This document shows, piece by piece, positions 36,523 through 48,282 of a DNA stretch of 64,000 nucleotides. Location of the stretch: assembly GCA_010093815.1 (NCBI GenBank), contig ML996565.1; one strand, 5' to 3'. Each line of letters opens with the position of its first letter. Positions within the stretch are counted from its first letter, which is position 1. Source of the DNA: Pseudovirgaria hyperparasitica (taxonomy: Eukaryota). The notes under the pieces are model-generated. The model had not been told where the DNA came from. It searched no databases and worked only from the letters and a program-made list of their open reading frames with translations. The translations under genes were made by a program, and so were the position numbers.

Positions 36523-37557
36523 TTATCGGACGTATTTGCTCTACAATAACTTAGCAAGGCCTTTCAGTAAACAATACCAAGACGACGTACCATAAAACGT
36601 TTATGGAAATCAGAACGTAGTAGATCGTTCACGAATTCTTTCTTCTTCTTGTCTTCAGTTCCTTTGGCTTGGTTCTTGAACACAACATCGTCGTCCCATC
36701 TATACCCAATTAGCGGTTTTCTACTATGTGCACATGACATAGTGCAGCATACCTTCGTTTGATATTGAAGTCGCCTGGATTCAGCAGAGGGTTCCCACGA
36801 GCAATGTCAACTTCGCGTTGCTCTTGTTCCTTTGCAGCTCGCTCAGCCTCCTATTACGCCAGATTAGCTGCAATCTTCATACAACACTACTGATCATACT
36901 TCTTTTGCTTTTGCCTCTGCTCTCTCCCTTTTTATCTTCTCCAACTCTCGCATAAGCTCGGCTTGTTCATCTTCCTCGTCATCGCTGCTTATACGTCAGC
37001 GACACAGTGCAACGGCACAGTACTGGCTCGAGGGAACGTACTCGTCGTCACTACTGTCACTGCTTTCATCACTTGAATTCTCTGAGTCTGCATCGATATC
37101 TTTGGCTTCTTGTAATATTAATCTTCGTCTTTTTACTTCCGGATCTTCATTTTGATCCTCTTCATCTGCTGTTGCGGCCTCGATGGTTCGCTTAGGAGCC
37201 GCCGAGGATGCCTCAGCATCGCCAGCATCATCGGATAATGTGTTACCGTTCTTTTTTGCGTAGTGTGCGGCTTCAGCTTTAAGAAGCTCTGCTCGGAGAT
37301 CGCGTGTTTCGTTATCGCCTGTGCCACCCTGACCTGCTTGTCTTTACATGGCAACAGGTCAGCGAGACGGTGATATGAAGCTTTAGAAAGCTTACCGGTG
37401 CTTCAATGTCATGTGCGCAGGCAATAGCCGCTGGTGATAGGCAGGACCGCGCTGGGCCTCTTTACCCCGGGCCTGAAACTGCGTCAGCCTTGAAAGCTAA
37501 ATGATCACTCCTGAGATTACACACCGGGTCAAAAGTTGGTCTATGGGCTGTAGTCAT
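36523..37557 (-). CDS. CWC15: Pre-mRNA-splicing factor Cwc15/Cwf15
   Basis: [43 protein letters not shown]...[10 protein letters not shown]...[14 protein letters not shown]...[21 protein letters not shown]. Six introns. Confidence 0.95.
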
Positions 37558-37780
37558 TGTGTCGTGATACTTGCAATGTAGGTTTCTACGAACTGGAGAG
37601 TTCTACAGTCGTGGTGATGCTTTGCCATAAATCGCGTCCGGGTGGCGGACGCTCGGTCCTACGTTTCGCCGAGCGCTGCGCCAAGGCCAAACGCATCGCA
37701 AAATACCTTCCGAACCTAATCCGAAAAAGTGCCTAATCCTTGCATGCATAAAAATATTTCGAAATTCACGGGTTCGCCTC

Positions 37781-39628
37781 ATGTTCGGGCGACTCAGAAA
37801 CCTCGCTCAATCTGCATTCGGACTTGCACCTAGTAGGACCCCAGAACCTTCGCCCACTGCCGACGTGGAAGATCAGGCAACTATGGTGACTACAAGAGGT
37901 GGACGGGCTACCGACAGTCCTGCTAGTGTCACACCGCAGACTGGATCTCAGCTTAGTAGCGGCTTGAGAAAGAGTAACACCAAGGAAACAGCCGCAAAGA
38001 GAAAGCTCGAGGATGTTGCTTCGCCCGCAAGTTCGGTAAAACGGAGGCGACAACTGCGTGGTTCGGCGTCACAAAGACATACTGTCGAGCACGTCTTCCA
38101 GGATATCGTCGAGGACAGCTCACACATTGGAAATGACGACAGTGCGACGCCACCTCGCATGGGACTGAGAGACGACGACCCAGTCCAAGTGACAGAAGAA
38201 GACGAGATCCACAAGATCGAAGTGGCAGCCAGACGCGAAGCAGAACTTGAGGCTGCCGCCACAGCAAAAGCCGACGCTGCCGAAGAACTACATCCTGCTG
38301 AAGTTGTCAAGTCGGTCGAGAAATCGACAAGGACGCCCCGTCAAGAAAGATCAGAAGCTGCAGAGGCTACGAGACTGACTCGATCGCATTCACGACCCGC
38401 GACTACGCCTACTCGAGATGCCAAAAAGGCGGTAAAGCAAACCAAGGAGACAAGAGTACCAATTCGCGCAAAGATAGACACTTCACATATTGTCCCGTTC
38501 GAAGATGAGGCTACACCCAGCGAGATAGGCAATACGCCTTCCACGAAGCAAGACGTCATCGAGATATCTTCCGACGACTCCGATGATGAGGATGAAGGCC
38601 TGTACGATCCCCAGGCTTTGGCCCAAGAGTCCAGTCGGGTACCTCAACTCAGCCCCCAAGTCGTGGTGTCCCCGCGTAAGGTCCCACAGGAGACTCCGAA
38701 ATTCATAGATGATACTGACGACGACGGCGGAGAAGAGGAAGAGGCAGAAGATCTAGAGAATGCTACCCAGCAAGGCAGCTTGGTAGCTGACGCAGCTGGT
38801 ACAGTACCTGACCGCGTAAATGAAGCCGAAGTTGGCGCCGAGTTGAATGACGGGCAGGTAGAAAGCTCAGAAGGAGAAAGCCATACCAGGAAGACCGAGC
38901 CCATAATACCGGCGGCGACGGGCAAGGCACCACGACACAAGATCTTTGATGATACTGATGATGCTGATGATGAGCTCACTTCAAACCTCGAGCGGACCAC
39001 CTCAAAAGAAGCGAAGACCATCCCACAAGATGATTCCGAGGACGAATCTTCAAGCGATGATGAAGCCCCCGAAACCATCACAACCATGGCAGCCCAGTCC
39101 CAAGTCGCAAAGGCAGAAGCTGCTGCCACAGAAGCCGCAGAGAAACAAGCTACTGCTGCCAAGCTCAAACGTCAAGCCCGTGACGCTGCTCTCAAGGAGC
39201 GTGCACGCAAGAATCTCAAGGCCTCCACGCGGATCACAGCTGGCACATCAACATCATCCCTACCTGATCTCTTACCAGCCCATATCCTGGCGACCGAACG
39301 CCCGGCCACTCCTGAGCCCGGCTCTGAGGTTCCAGCTGCTCTTACGCTGGAGCAGCAAAAGCGCAACAGACATCTGAAGTTCATCGAAGAAGGCGAAAAG
39401 AAAGCAAAGGATGTACGGCGTGGCCCGGTCAAAGTGCGTGTGCTGGAGAAGACAAACATGCTGCTTGCGCCAAAAGTGCATAAAGATACTAAAAACCTGC
39501 GGGACTCGTGGTTGAGGGGCAGGGAAGTTGCAAAGACGAAGAGTCAGAGGGTCAAGGGTAACAGTGCGCTCAAGACGCAAAAGATGCAGAGGAAGGCCAT
39601 TGGTGGGAAGAGTTTCCTGCGCCGATGA
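37781..39628 (+). CDS. Acidic low-complexity protein with C-terminal U3 snoRNA-associated (Bud21/Utp16-like) region
   Basis: 615-aa ORF. The C-terminal SSSDDEAPET...LPDLLPAHIL...KDVRRGPVKVRVL...LRDSWL resembles my recollection of the U3_snoRNA_assoc family. Confidence 0.7.
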   Translation: MFGRLRNLAQSAFGLAPSRTPEPSPTADVEDQATMVTTRGGRATDSPASVTPQTGSQLSSGLRKSNTKETAAKRKLEDVASPASSVKRRRQLRGSASQRHTVEHVFQDIVEDSSHIGNDDSATPPRMGLRDDDPVQVTEEDEIHKIEVAARREAELEAAATAKADAAEELHPAEVVKSVEKSTRTPRQERSEAAEATRLTRSHSRPATTPTRDAKKAVKQTKETRVPIRAKIDTSHIVPFEDEATPSEIGNTPSTKQDVIEISSDDSDDEDEGLYDPQALAQESSRVPQLSPQVVVSPRKVPQETPKFIDDTDDDGGEEEEAEDLENATQQGSLVADAAGTVPDRVNEAEVGAELNDGQVESSEGESHTRKTEPIIPAATGKAPRHKIFDDTDDADDELTSNLERTTSKEAKTIPQDDSEDESSSDDEAPETITTMAAQSQVAKAEAAATEAAEKQATAAKLKRQARDAALKERARKNLKASTRITAGTSTSSLPDLLPAHILATERPATPEPGSEVPAALTLEQQKRNRHLKFIEEGEKKAKDVRRGPVKVRVLEKTNMLLAPKVHKDTKNLRDSWLRGREVAKTKSQRVKGNSALKTQKMQRKAIGGKSFLRR

Positions 39629-39800
39629 GACGCTGGGGTGGTTACGTTGTAGACAGTTCCAATAAGAATGAACGAATGCTACGATACGTGCAACACGGAG
39701 CATATTAGCCTTGAACGTGCGAGTGTATGTTATCTCAGCTACAGATTAAATCAACTCATCACCATCTCTCGCACCTCCTTTGTTGATTCCTCCTATCCTT

Positions 39801-39819
39801 CCCCCCCCCCCCCCCCCCC
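39801..39819 (+). repeat. Poly-C homopolymer (19 nt)
   Basis: Uninterrupted C run downstream of the 615-aa ORF. Confidence 0.9.
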
Positions 39820-40929
39820 AACACGCGGAACTATCCACGCTGTTATAGAATGAGCATTATTGATACCGAAAGTCCTGGCACTAAGGATCGGGGGCCTATT
39901 TCGAGGTCTATGGCTAAATCATTCTCGATAGAGGGATGTTCGGGAATCAATGAATGTCCGTGTTGTGCCGTGTTGTGCTATGTCGTGACATGCTGAAAGG
40001 GGTGGAATGGGTGAGATGAGTTCCGACGTTCCAGTACAACATCCGTCGCCTAGACTAATCAACAACAGCAGTACCAGCAAACAGCAGACTTCTCGTACAG
40101 GTCAGAATCGAGCAATGATCAGTGGACGTATTGATTGGTCATATATTTTAGATATATATATATGCATAAATACAGGTAAATAATCTCACGCAGCGCATCC
40201 TAGTGATGGGATACTTTCGACTTTCGGGGATGTTTGATGACCCGTTTGGGTATATGTGTTTTTCAGGCGTACCAGCCCTGACTCAAAGAATGTGAAACAT
40301 TATTTAAGTATTCTCGAAAGCATGCTCCTGCTCTAATGATGGCGCAAGATCAGCTAGACCGGGGGAATGTTAGATAGGACTCGTTCGTGGAGGAGTATAC
40401 AAGGTGAGTGTGGTAGGGCCAAGTCAAAACCTACGTAAACTAAGTGAGGTATGTGACTGTCTATGCTTGCATCGGCTGAATCTTGTGTAGTTAAGGTCGA
40501 CAAAGGCACGTTGTGTCTTTACATTTGTCAAGAGTCGATTCGTCATCCAATAACGGGCTCGTATCGATGTACTAGGATGTTATGAAGCATCCAGAACGTT
40601 TCGTATGTTCAACAGTAACATTTTCATGCAACAAAATTAAATTTGGCGCGCCATCAAGGTGAGAGCCCTATAATACACATGAAAGCCCCTACCATGACCC
40701 AAATTGCGTACACAACTTTTAAGACCATGCCTGCGCTCTGATATATCGGATTTGGGAATGTCGCTATAAGAGATGCATTGAAAGCCCGCCCTTAGCCATG
40801 TATGCTCTCTTCCAGAGCACGTCACTTCGTGCAATGGTATACGTGTTTGCTCGCTTGCTGGCTGGTATCCTTTGTGATCGAGCGTTGTCTGTCCTCCCCT
40901 CCATCTCCACCATTTCATTAATCTTTCTA

Positions 40930-41555
40930 TTATGAGAATCTCTTCATGAGTTTTGCGAGTACTGGAGATGCTTGTCAGTGATATTTCCCCTTGTGTGAAT
41001 CGGACAGCATACCGTGAAGGATGACCACACTGATGATAAAGCCGATCGACAGTCCCATCACAACAACAGGGTCAACCTTCAGACCAGGAGACTCATCCGT
41101 GTATAGCCTCAGCATAGTGCTAGAGCTGCCACCAGCACCTGCGGCACGTGTCGATGTTGGTCGCGAGTTTGCCAGCTTGTCCGCTCTGTCCTGCGCAGCT
41201 TTCCGTCGGATTGCAGTCGCTGGTCCACCTGGTGGCTTTGGAGAAGAGGGACGAGCAGTGCTCGAGCCGGTGGAAGGAGAGTTGACTGGGGAGGTTGGTC
41301 GTGGTGAAGACTGATAAAACAAGATTAGCTAGGACTCTGGTCTAGTGATCCATTGTGGTATGTCGCAAAGTGGCTACAGTGATGAGGTCTCTTGATATCA
41401 ATCGGTAGCGACTCGAGTGATCGCAACCAGACTGTCCATACGCGCATCGCATTGCCGTAATGGAGACATCTGGAGCTCTTATAGCACTGAAGTAGCAGGC
41501 CGCACGGATACAAGCAGCAGCGGTAACCTTGGATAGAAAGGGACGGACTGACCAT
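40930..41555 (-). CDS. SBH1: Sec61 translocon beta subunit
   Basis: ATG-only exon, intron 41552-41311, then SSPRPTSP...[55 protein letters not shown]. Confidence 0.95.
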
Positions 41556-42467
41556 GTTGGCAATGTGAGAATGAGTGGATCCGGATGCAGCGATGGTTCA
41601 AGGAGAGTTGTAAAGTTCGAAGTTGCTCGACTAAATCTGCAATGGATTGGGATAGTCGGGCGGTACAAACAAAGGTGCGAGGTGTGAAGTGAGGACACGA
41701 TTCTCAAACCCGGAGCCACTAACGCCGTCCATTTGGCTGGCCTCGCTTAGCCCGACCAGACCCTCAACGACCGAAAGGGGCAAAACAATGAGTGGCCATA
41801 CAATAACATGAGCATTACTCGTATGCCGACATTTTACTTTATGGTCTACAATAGTCACTACGGTGCGAAAAATCTGATTCGTGTGGCATTAGTTGGGGCG
41901 TCCCATGATAGTCTTCCCTACACAGATAGACACTTGAGCAACCATAGAGCTATGTATGGATTCTAAAAATGCACCGAATCTGAGAAAGAGTCCGTCCCGA
42001 GTTTTGTATTAAGTGAAACACCAGACACAGAGTCTTGACTTTTTCCGCGAACTCCACCTGCATACCCATGCCACATCTCAACCAGCCAATATACATACTC
42101 GAGGCAAGGAGATATTAAAGAGAACTCAGCGCTTTCCGTGCAGAGAGAAGAACGAACAGAGTAGAAATAAATCCGTTCCCGCCCGAGACCGCCCACTGAT
42201 GACAATTGCAGCAAAATTTCAGCCATGAATCCTTCCCATAAGCACTGCACCAACCAAAGACGGAACAAACACCGGTGCCAAACGACCTCATACGTCCCAC
42301 AAGCGACAAATGCTCCTATGTATGCAGAGAAACACGCCATCCGACGGATAGTCGAAACCTGCTTACAAGTCCTCTCCCACGCCCCTAGAAGACCGTCATT
42401 AATGCCCGGGACACCTGAAATGCTAGAACTCCGCAATGTGAGAACTCCATTTTGCTTGATACAAGCA

Positions 42468-43943
42468 CTAGCCCCACACTGGAGCCTGAACACCAAGGGT
42501 ATTCTTTGAAGATCCCCATACTCCGCTGTTGCTGCCCCATCCAATGTTTACGCCTTTGTCTGCAGCCGAAGTTGCAGGGTTCGAAGAAGCGGATGTAGAC
42601 CGTTCATTGTTGCTCTGGCCATTCGCTGAAAAGCCATAGCTCAATGGAGAGGGAAGTGGCGTGGTAGATCGCTTGTTCATGGCGTTTGCAGCCGAGCCCT
42701 GAGTTTGAGATGGACGTGTCCCAATTGGAGCGACGCCGGCATTATTAGAAGCCTTACCACCCTGACGAGGAGGTGAACCGCCAGGTGAGGAGGCTGAAGT
42801 TCGGCTAGACTGCTGTGCGTTATCGTACAGGTTGAATGAAGCCGTTGGTTGAGAGGAGGGAGACGAGTTGCTGTTGGCACGAGAACGCTGAGCACCAGCA
42901 GGAGCATCTTTGCTAGCATGATCACGAGGTGGCATTTGTACAGAGCCATCATTGTGGCCTCCATGGGCTTGCATGCCGAAAGGATCAAAGGCTAGCGGAG
43001 ATGGACCGCGGCCTCCTACTGAAGTTGCAACCCGGGCATCTTGACTGCTTTGACGAGAGCTACCATCGGGGTTGTATAGCTGGGCGTTGTCGCCGTACAA
43101 GGCTCGGTGCTGGCGAGCGATGAGATCACGGCGCTCATCTTCACTCATCGCATTGGGGCTAAGGGATCGATCGGACTTTGCTCCAGAAGCGTCTATGGAA
43201 CCTAGTTAACCAGGGTATTCCTACGCATCTTGACCAGAATCGGATTTCTTACTCCTGTTGTACTGCTGCTCTTGGTGGTAGTTCCTTAGCTCCCTTTCCC
43301 GTTGAGCAGCCATACGGCGTTTCGCCTGCATCACTGAGTCGGCTTCGCTTGGCCGAGGCCCGTACCGTTGGGTGGCGTAGAAGCCTTGCAGGTTCGAAGC
43401 GGAGCTTGAGCGTATACCGTCATAGTCGCTTACAGAATGGTGTCGTTGTGGACCTCCACCCATGCGGGGATCTGTTATATTTAGTTTTTTATCGTGGGAG
43501 GTGCGGAAGGTGGTTGCATACCGAATTCCGGGTATCCGCGGCCAGCAACAGGAGGCGGCATTGAGTCGCGACGGGGGGCTTGTCCACCCATTGGACCAAA
43601 CATCTTCCCGCTCTTCATCAGATTGTCCGCCGCTCGTTCAACCTCTGGAAGCGCCATGAGTTAGCATTCCATTTGCAGTTGTGTCCGTGTGATCAATGTG
43701 ACATTAACGAATTTTTTGTCTTCTTGGACGAAAAGGGCGGTAAATACCTTCGAATTGAGATTGGAAAGCACCAGGCTCGTCTCGTTGCACAGTAGAGCTG
43801 GCTCCTGTTTGAGCATTAGTATCTGCGAATCTTGCCGTGGCAATCAATGGTATCGAACCTGATCGAGATGGTGGTGGAGGCTGTTCCCATGTGGCTTGAC
43901 GGCCTGGCGCATTCCATTGCGAGTTGTCACCGAAGAAAGACAT
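42468..43943 (-). CDS. Hypothetical, largely disordered protein (appears conserved in filamentous ascomycetes)
   Basis: Five coding exons join through canonical introns: MSFFGDNSQW...PPPPSRSG|...FE|EVERAADNLMKSGK...|DPRMGG...AKRRMAAQRERELRNYHQEQQYNRS|...MSEDERRDLIARQHRALYG...QAPVWG*. There is a probable 5'UTR intron at about 44062-44237. Confidence 0.85.
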
Positions 43944-46900
43944 GTCCAAGTATGGGACAAAGGTCTTGGAGATATTGGTATATAATAGTGGTTTATGTCC
44001 AAGATAGATCGAGCGATAATGCAGAGCAGCGGAATGACGTCTCGAACGGAGGACTGTGAATCTAAAGAAACAAAGGAGTTAACGATGATACATCAGCAGC
44101 GTCACACACGGTGGAGGCCTTCAATATGAGCAGAGACACAGGGGAGATGAAGTGATGCGAAGGCAGAAGTCGGGCGAAAAAAATTCGGGACGGACGACCC
44201 TGGAAGCTGGAAGAGGGATGCACGAGTCGTTGCTTACCTCGGACGACGGGCTTAACGGGAAACCAGGCGGGAGAAGAACCGACAACGACGAGGATGGGGT
44301 ATATACAAACAGACGCTGAAGATGAAGCGACCGTATAAGTGGCGGACGCAGACGGAATGGAGTGGAGGAGTAGGAGGAGTAGTAGGAGGAGGAGAAAAAG
44401 GACTCGGTGCAGTGGAGAGCGCGGATGTGAGAGGGCTTTTTTGGGGGACGAAGTGTTAAGGTAATGATATTATAACCACGCTAATCCGGCGGATAGCACT
44501 AGGCAATTTTAACATGGACATCTCCCCCCAATTTTTATTTTACAGCACCTGCAAGCATGTAACCGCGGCCAGTGGGAATAGTCTATACCGACTGTTTATC
44601 CAGTCGTGAAAGTAGCAGGTAAATAATTTTATACAGTCTGCAGAGCTGCAATTCGACTTCTCGGAAAAACTTCAAGGACTCAAATCAAGGAACTGAGAGG
44701 GGGGAGGGCAGTTAGGCAGAGGGTGTGGGAGGAGGGGATGGAACCAAGACCGACCGACTGGCCATCACGGTTGCAGCGGAGCATCAGTCATGCAAAAGGG
44801 AGAGAGCCTGGACAATGGGTAGTGGGTAGTGGGTAGTGGAAAGTGGATATGTAGTGAATAAAGGACAGTGGACAGTGGACAGTGGAGGCAAAGCCAGGCC
44901 AACGGTGGGATCCATGGCGGCGGCCAACGGGAGGAGATTTAGGCGGACACCCGAGCGGCTTTCGGGCAGGTCGCTCGCTCATTGTCGACCTAACTACTAT
45001 AACTTAGTTATCAACCTAACACTTCTTCCAATTGTCATCTTCGATACACATAAACATCCACATCTTTCGGGAACTTGGCTATGGCGTTCTGTCTCCCGAC
45101 GCAAAAGAGGTCTGCTTGTCTGCGTGGGTGTGCTTTCTCGGTATAATTGACTCCTCCGGTGCCTATGAGGGATCCGTATCTGGCTAGTTGGTCCCTCCGA
45201 GTCTGCCGGCTCGCCATACTTCGTCCCGTCTACACTTTGACACGCTTCCTCGTCCATGTTTGAAATTTAGAGATGTGCAAAGCAAAGTGAGCTTGAAACG
45301 CACCTACAGAAGTGCAACATGTACAAAGGACGTAATTATCACGACTCGATGCCGCCAGTCGTCTGTGAGACTCTGCGCACCATACCATGCCGGCCACGCA
45401 CGCCAGCCTTGGAACCCCACCTCACTGCATATCTATCAGACTATCACTATCACGACTGTCGTTCGCATCTTCTTTTACGGTAGCAATGGCAGGGGTGCAG
45501 CCCAATACCCGCGGGGTTGGCCGGGACTCGTACTCTTCACTCAAGATGGCGCTTTGCATACAAGCATACAAGCATACAAGCACCCATTGCTCTTCGCCTT
45601 AATCGGGACTCAGAAGCATGTCGGCTTGTTCGAGACACAGAAGATACAGTCGTTGTAGAGTGTCCGCTGAATACTCAAGTATGGCAGGCATCGCAAAAAT
45701 GAAAAGAGGACACTGATCATGGTGGTAGGGAGAGCTAGAGACAGCTTGAGCCTTGCCCAGGTGCTATGTACGAACCCCGCCATTGGGGGGAGGGGGTCCA
45801 TGCATGTGCATGGGACAGCATCAGATGCACGTTGGCAGTAACTAATTATCTAGATTTAGATTCTGCTATAACCCTGCGGAGGCCAACAGACTATATATTC
45901 GGTCAAGAGATCAATAGATCACGAATGATGAAACTCAGCTCCAAAATAACAGCTGGAAGCGTGGCAAGCAAGACGTATGTTCCACGCTACTCCAAGCGTG
46001 TTACATCCCAAGACGACCAACAGACGGATCTTGTCAATAACGATGCCGGTGTTGAGGAAGTACTCTGTACGTCTGGCAAAGATTGTCTGGTGTGTCAGGC
46101 GTTGAGCACCACTTTTGCGTCGGCCCGTCTATGCAGGCATCAGTCATGATAAGTGAAGAGCGAGTACGAAGAAGCTATATGGAAGGATGAGGACGACGAC
46201 AGTGTCTATGACCAGAAATGACTCGTTGCAGTATCAAGCTGGCTGACAGTCCGCGTAATTACAAAGTTAAACGCAACCACCGCATCGTGGACAGGCTGTA
46301 AGCTGGAGTATGTTCGTTTTTGTCGGGACCGGCCCGCTCCCTAGAACGAGAACAAACCTCCAACGCACTTCATCCTTGTCCTATCACCACAGGTCACTGG
46401 TTGCAACTCTCGTCTCCAAAGCCTCCATGAATGCTCCTATCTGCCATATCTCATTACATGTTCTATTGGCTGATATCTGTCCTGCTTTCAAGTCACCATG
46501 CTTACAGACTGGAAGATGACCTTTAGACGCCCGTGCCTCAGCTGCACGTCACCACCTCCCGTCATAAGACCTGATTGTTTTACTACCTTCAACACAGCTG
46601 CCGTCTTCCTTTGATCCAGATCTTATCATAACGTCGCATTACCACGAGAGGGTACGCCCTCATGGCAATGTCTGCTCGCTCGAGTCCTCGACGCAACCCT
46701 CTACGTGAATCTGTTCTCCGTGCCAAGTCACCTTTCGAAGATGATCATAATCATGGAAAGCGTCACGAGCTTCACGTATAAGGCCAGCTGGGCGTGGGCG
46801 TTTCTTGTTGGGCGCGTATTGTCTCCGAGCCCTTCACCTCTGTCATTGGATTCTCTTGCCTCAACAAAGAGGCACAGTAGGTTCCCACGTGCCCTCGACC

Positions 46901-47058
46901 ATACAAAGGACCTTCCTTCTGAACCACGAAATCTGTTTCTTGAATCTCTATTGAAGAGTGTGAGTATCTTATTTCATTGATTCCTAGGGCGTCAGACCCC
47001 TAGTCGTGCATCATTCGCAACAGAGGTTAATTAACATCAATTCTGGTTATATTGTTCC

Positions 47059-48164
47059 ATGAAAGAAATGCAGATAAACGCATCGCACGAAGGTTACCGC
47101 ATTTCTCAAGGCAGCCCCGGCGTTATTGAACGAACTCCTAAGACCGTTCCAATGACATCGTTTCAGGACCTTCAGACTGAGTATATCAACTTCAGAAGCT
47201 CCAAGCCAGAAACTTCTCTTCTTACTTTGCCGCCAGAGCTGCTGCTCATCATTAGCGAATACCTTGCTTTCCGGGATCTCCTGAACTTCAAGCTTGTTTG
47301 CAAACAGCTGAACGCCTGCACCAAACAAGTCGACAAACACGATGCTTCCAAGAATTGCGCCCGGAGGTTTCACGGACTGTCGAATGCAGCTGACATTACG
47401 TCCCTCAGACTATGCATTCTATGTACCCCAAAGGTGCATCTACGGCCAGAGGCGTTCAATTCATCGACTAGTCCTGCAATCATAGCGGCCTCTGATCGCT
47501 CTGGAAATAGTATTGATGTCGTTAAACTACCGATGCATGTTTGTTCGCGCCATGTATCAGGCTTGTTGACCAACGTTGTTACAACTACCGATGACTCGAG
47601 GATCATACCTGGATGGTATTCCCACATCGCGAAATTCTGTCGCCACTGTCAACAAATTTGGCACATCGAGAACAGAAATAAAAGTAAATGCACATGCAAC
47701 TGCAAAGTATGCTCCCCGAAGGAGGATATTAGGGTATATACCCGCTACTACAGGCCTGGAGAGCCATTTTGTGCCTACTCTCTTGGCTTATATCCGGAAG
47801 ACATTGCCTTAGATGGGCCTCCAACGCCATCTCAACGACGGAAACAAACACATCCCATGGAAAGGCGATTGTTTGTTCGGGAAAAGATTGAAACTGAGAA
47901 CAGAGGTATGCAATCGTCGCAACTTAATGAGTCTATCGATACTAATATCTCTTATCAGATGGCTATTGGCCTCGTACAAGATACATCGACCGAGACATCA
48001 AGATCACTGATAATGGAGAAAGCTGGACTCCGGAATTGGAAGATCCTACTTGGTTCGATGACATTCTTACTTCCCATCACAACTTCACTGGACCGCCCTG
48101 TCCGGAACATGATAGATGTGTTGCCGTTTGCTCTAAGCGGTCTGTAAAACCTGGGCTCGATTAG
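47059..48164 (+). CDS. F-box protein with Cys-rich C-terminal region
   Basis: SLLTLPPELLLIISEYLAFRDLLNFKLVCKQL is an F-box. A likely intron at about 47906-47958 (GTATGC...CTAAT...CAG) moves the stop to 48164. The start is uncertain and an upstream exon near 46750-46960 is possible. Confidence 0.7.
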
Positions 48165-48282
48165 CCAGGGGTAGTTTTGCAGAGTCTCTACAAGGGAACG
48201 TTCACAAGCCAATTGGTTATTCTGCTTGCGCAGAGATTCGATACGTGCGATGTAGGCCTATCATATGGTCTCTTTCGCTATT

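Noticed and set aside
44300..47000. Short ORFs between the hypothetical gene and the F-box gene
   Set aside because: No motifs or codon bias; likely regulatory DNA.
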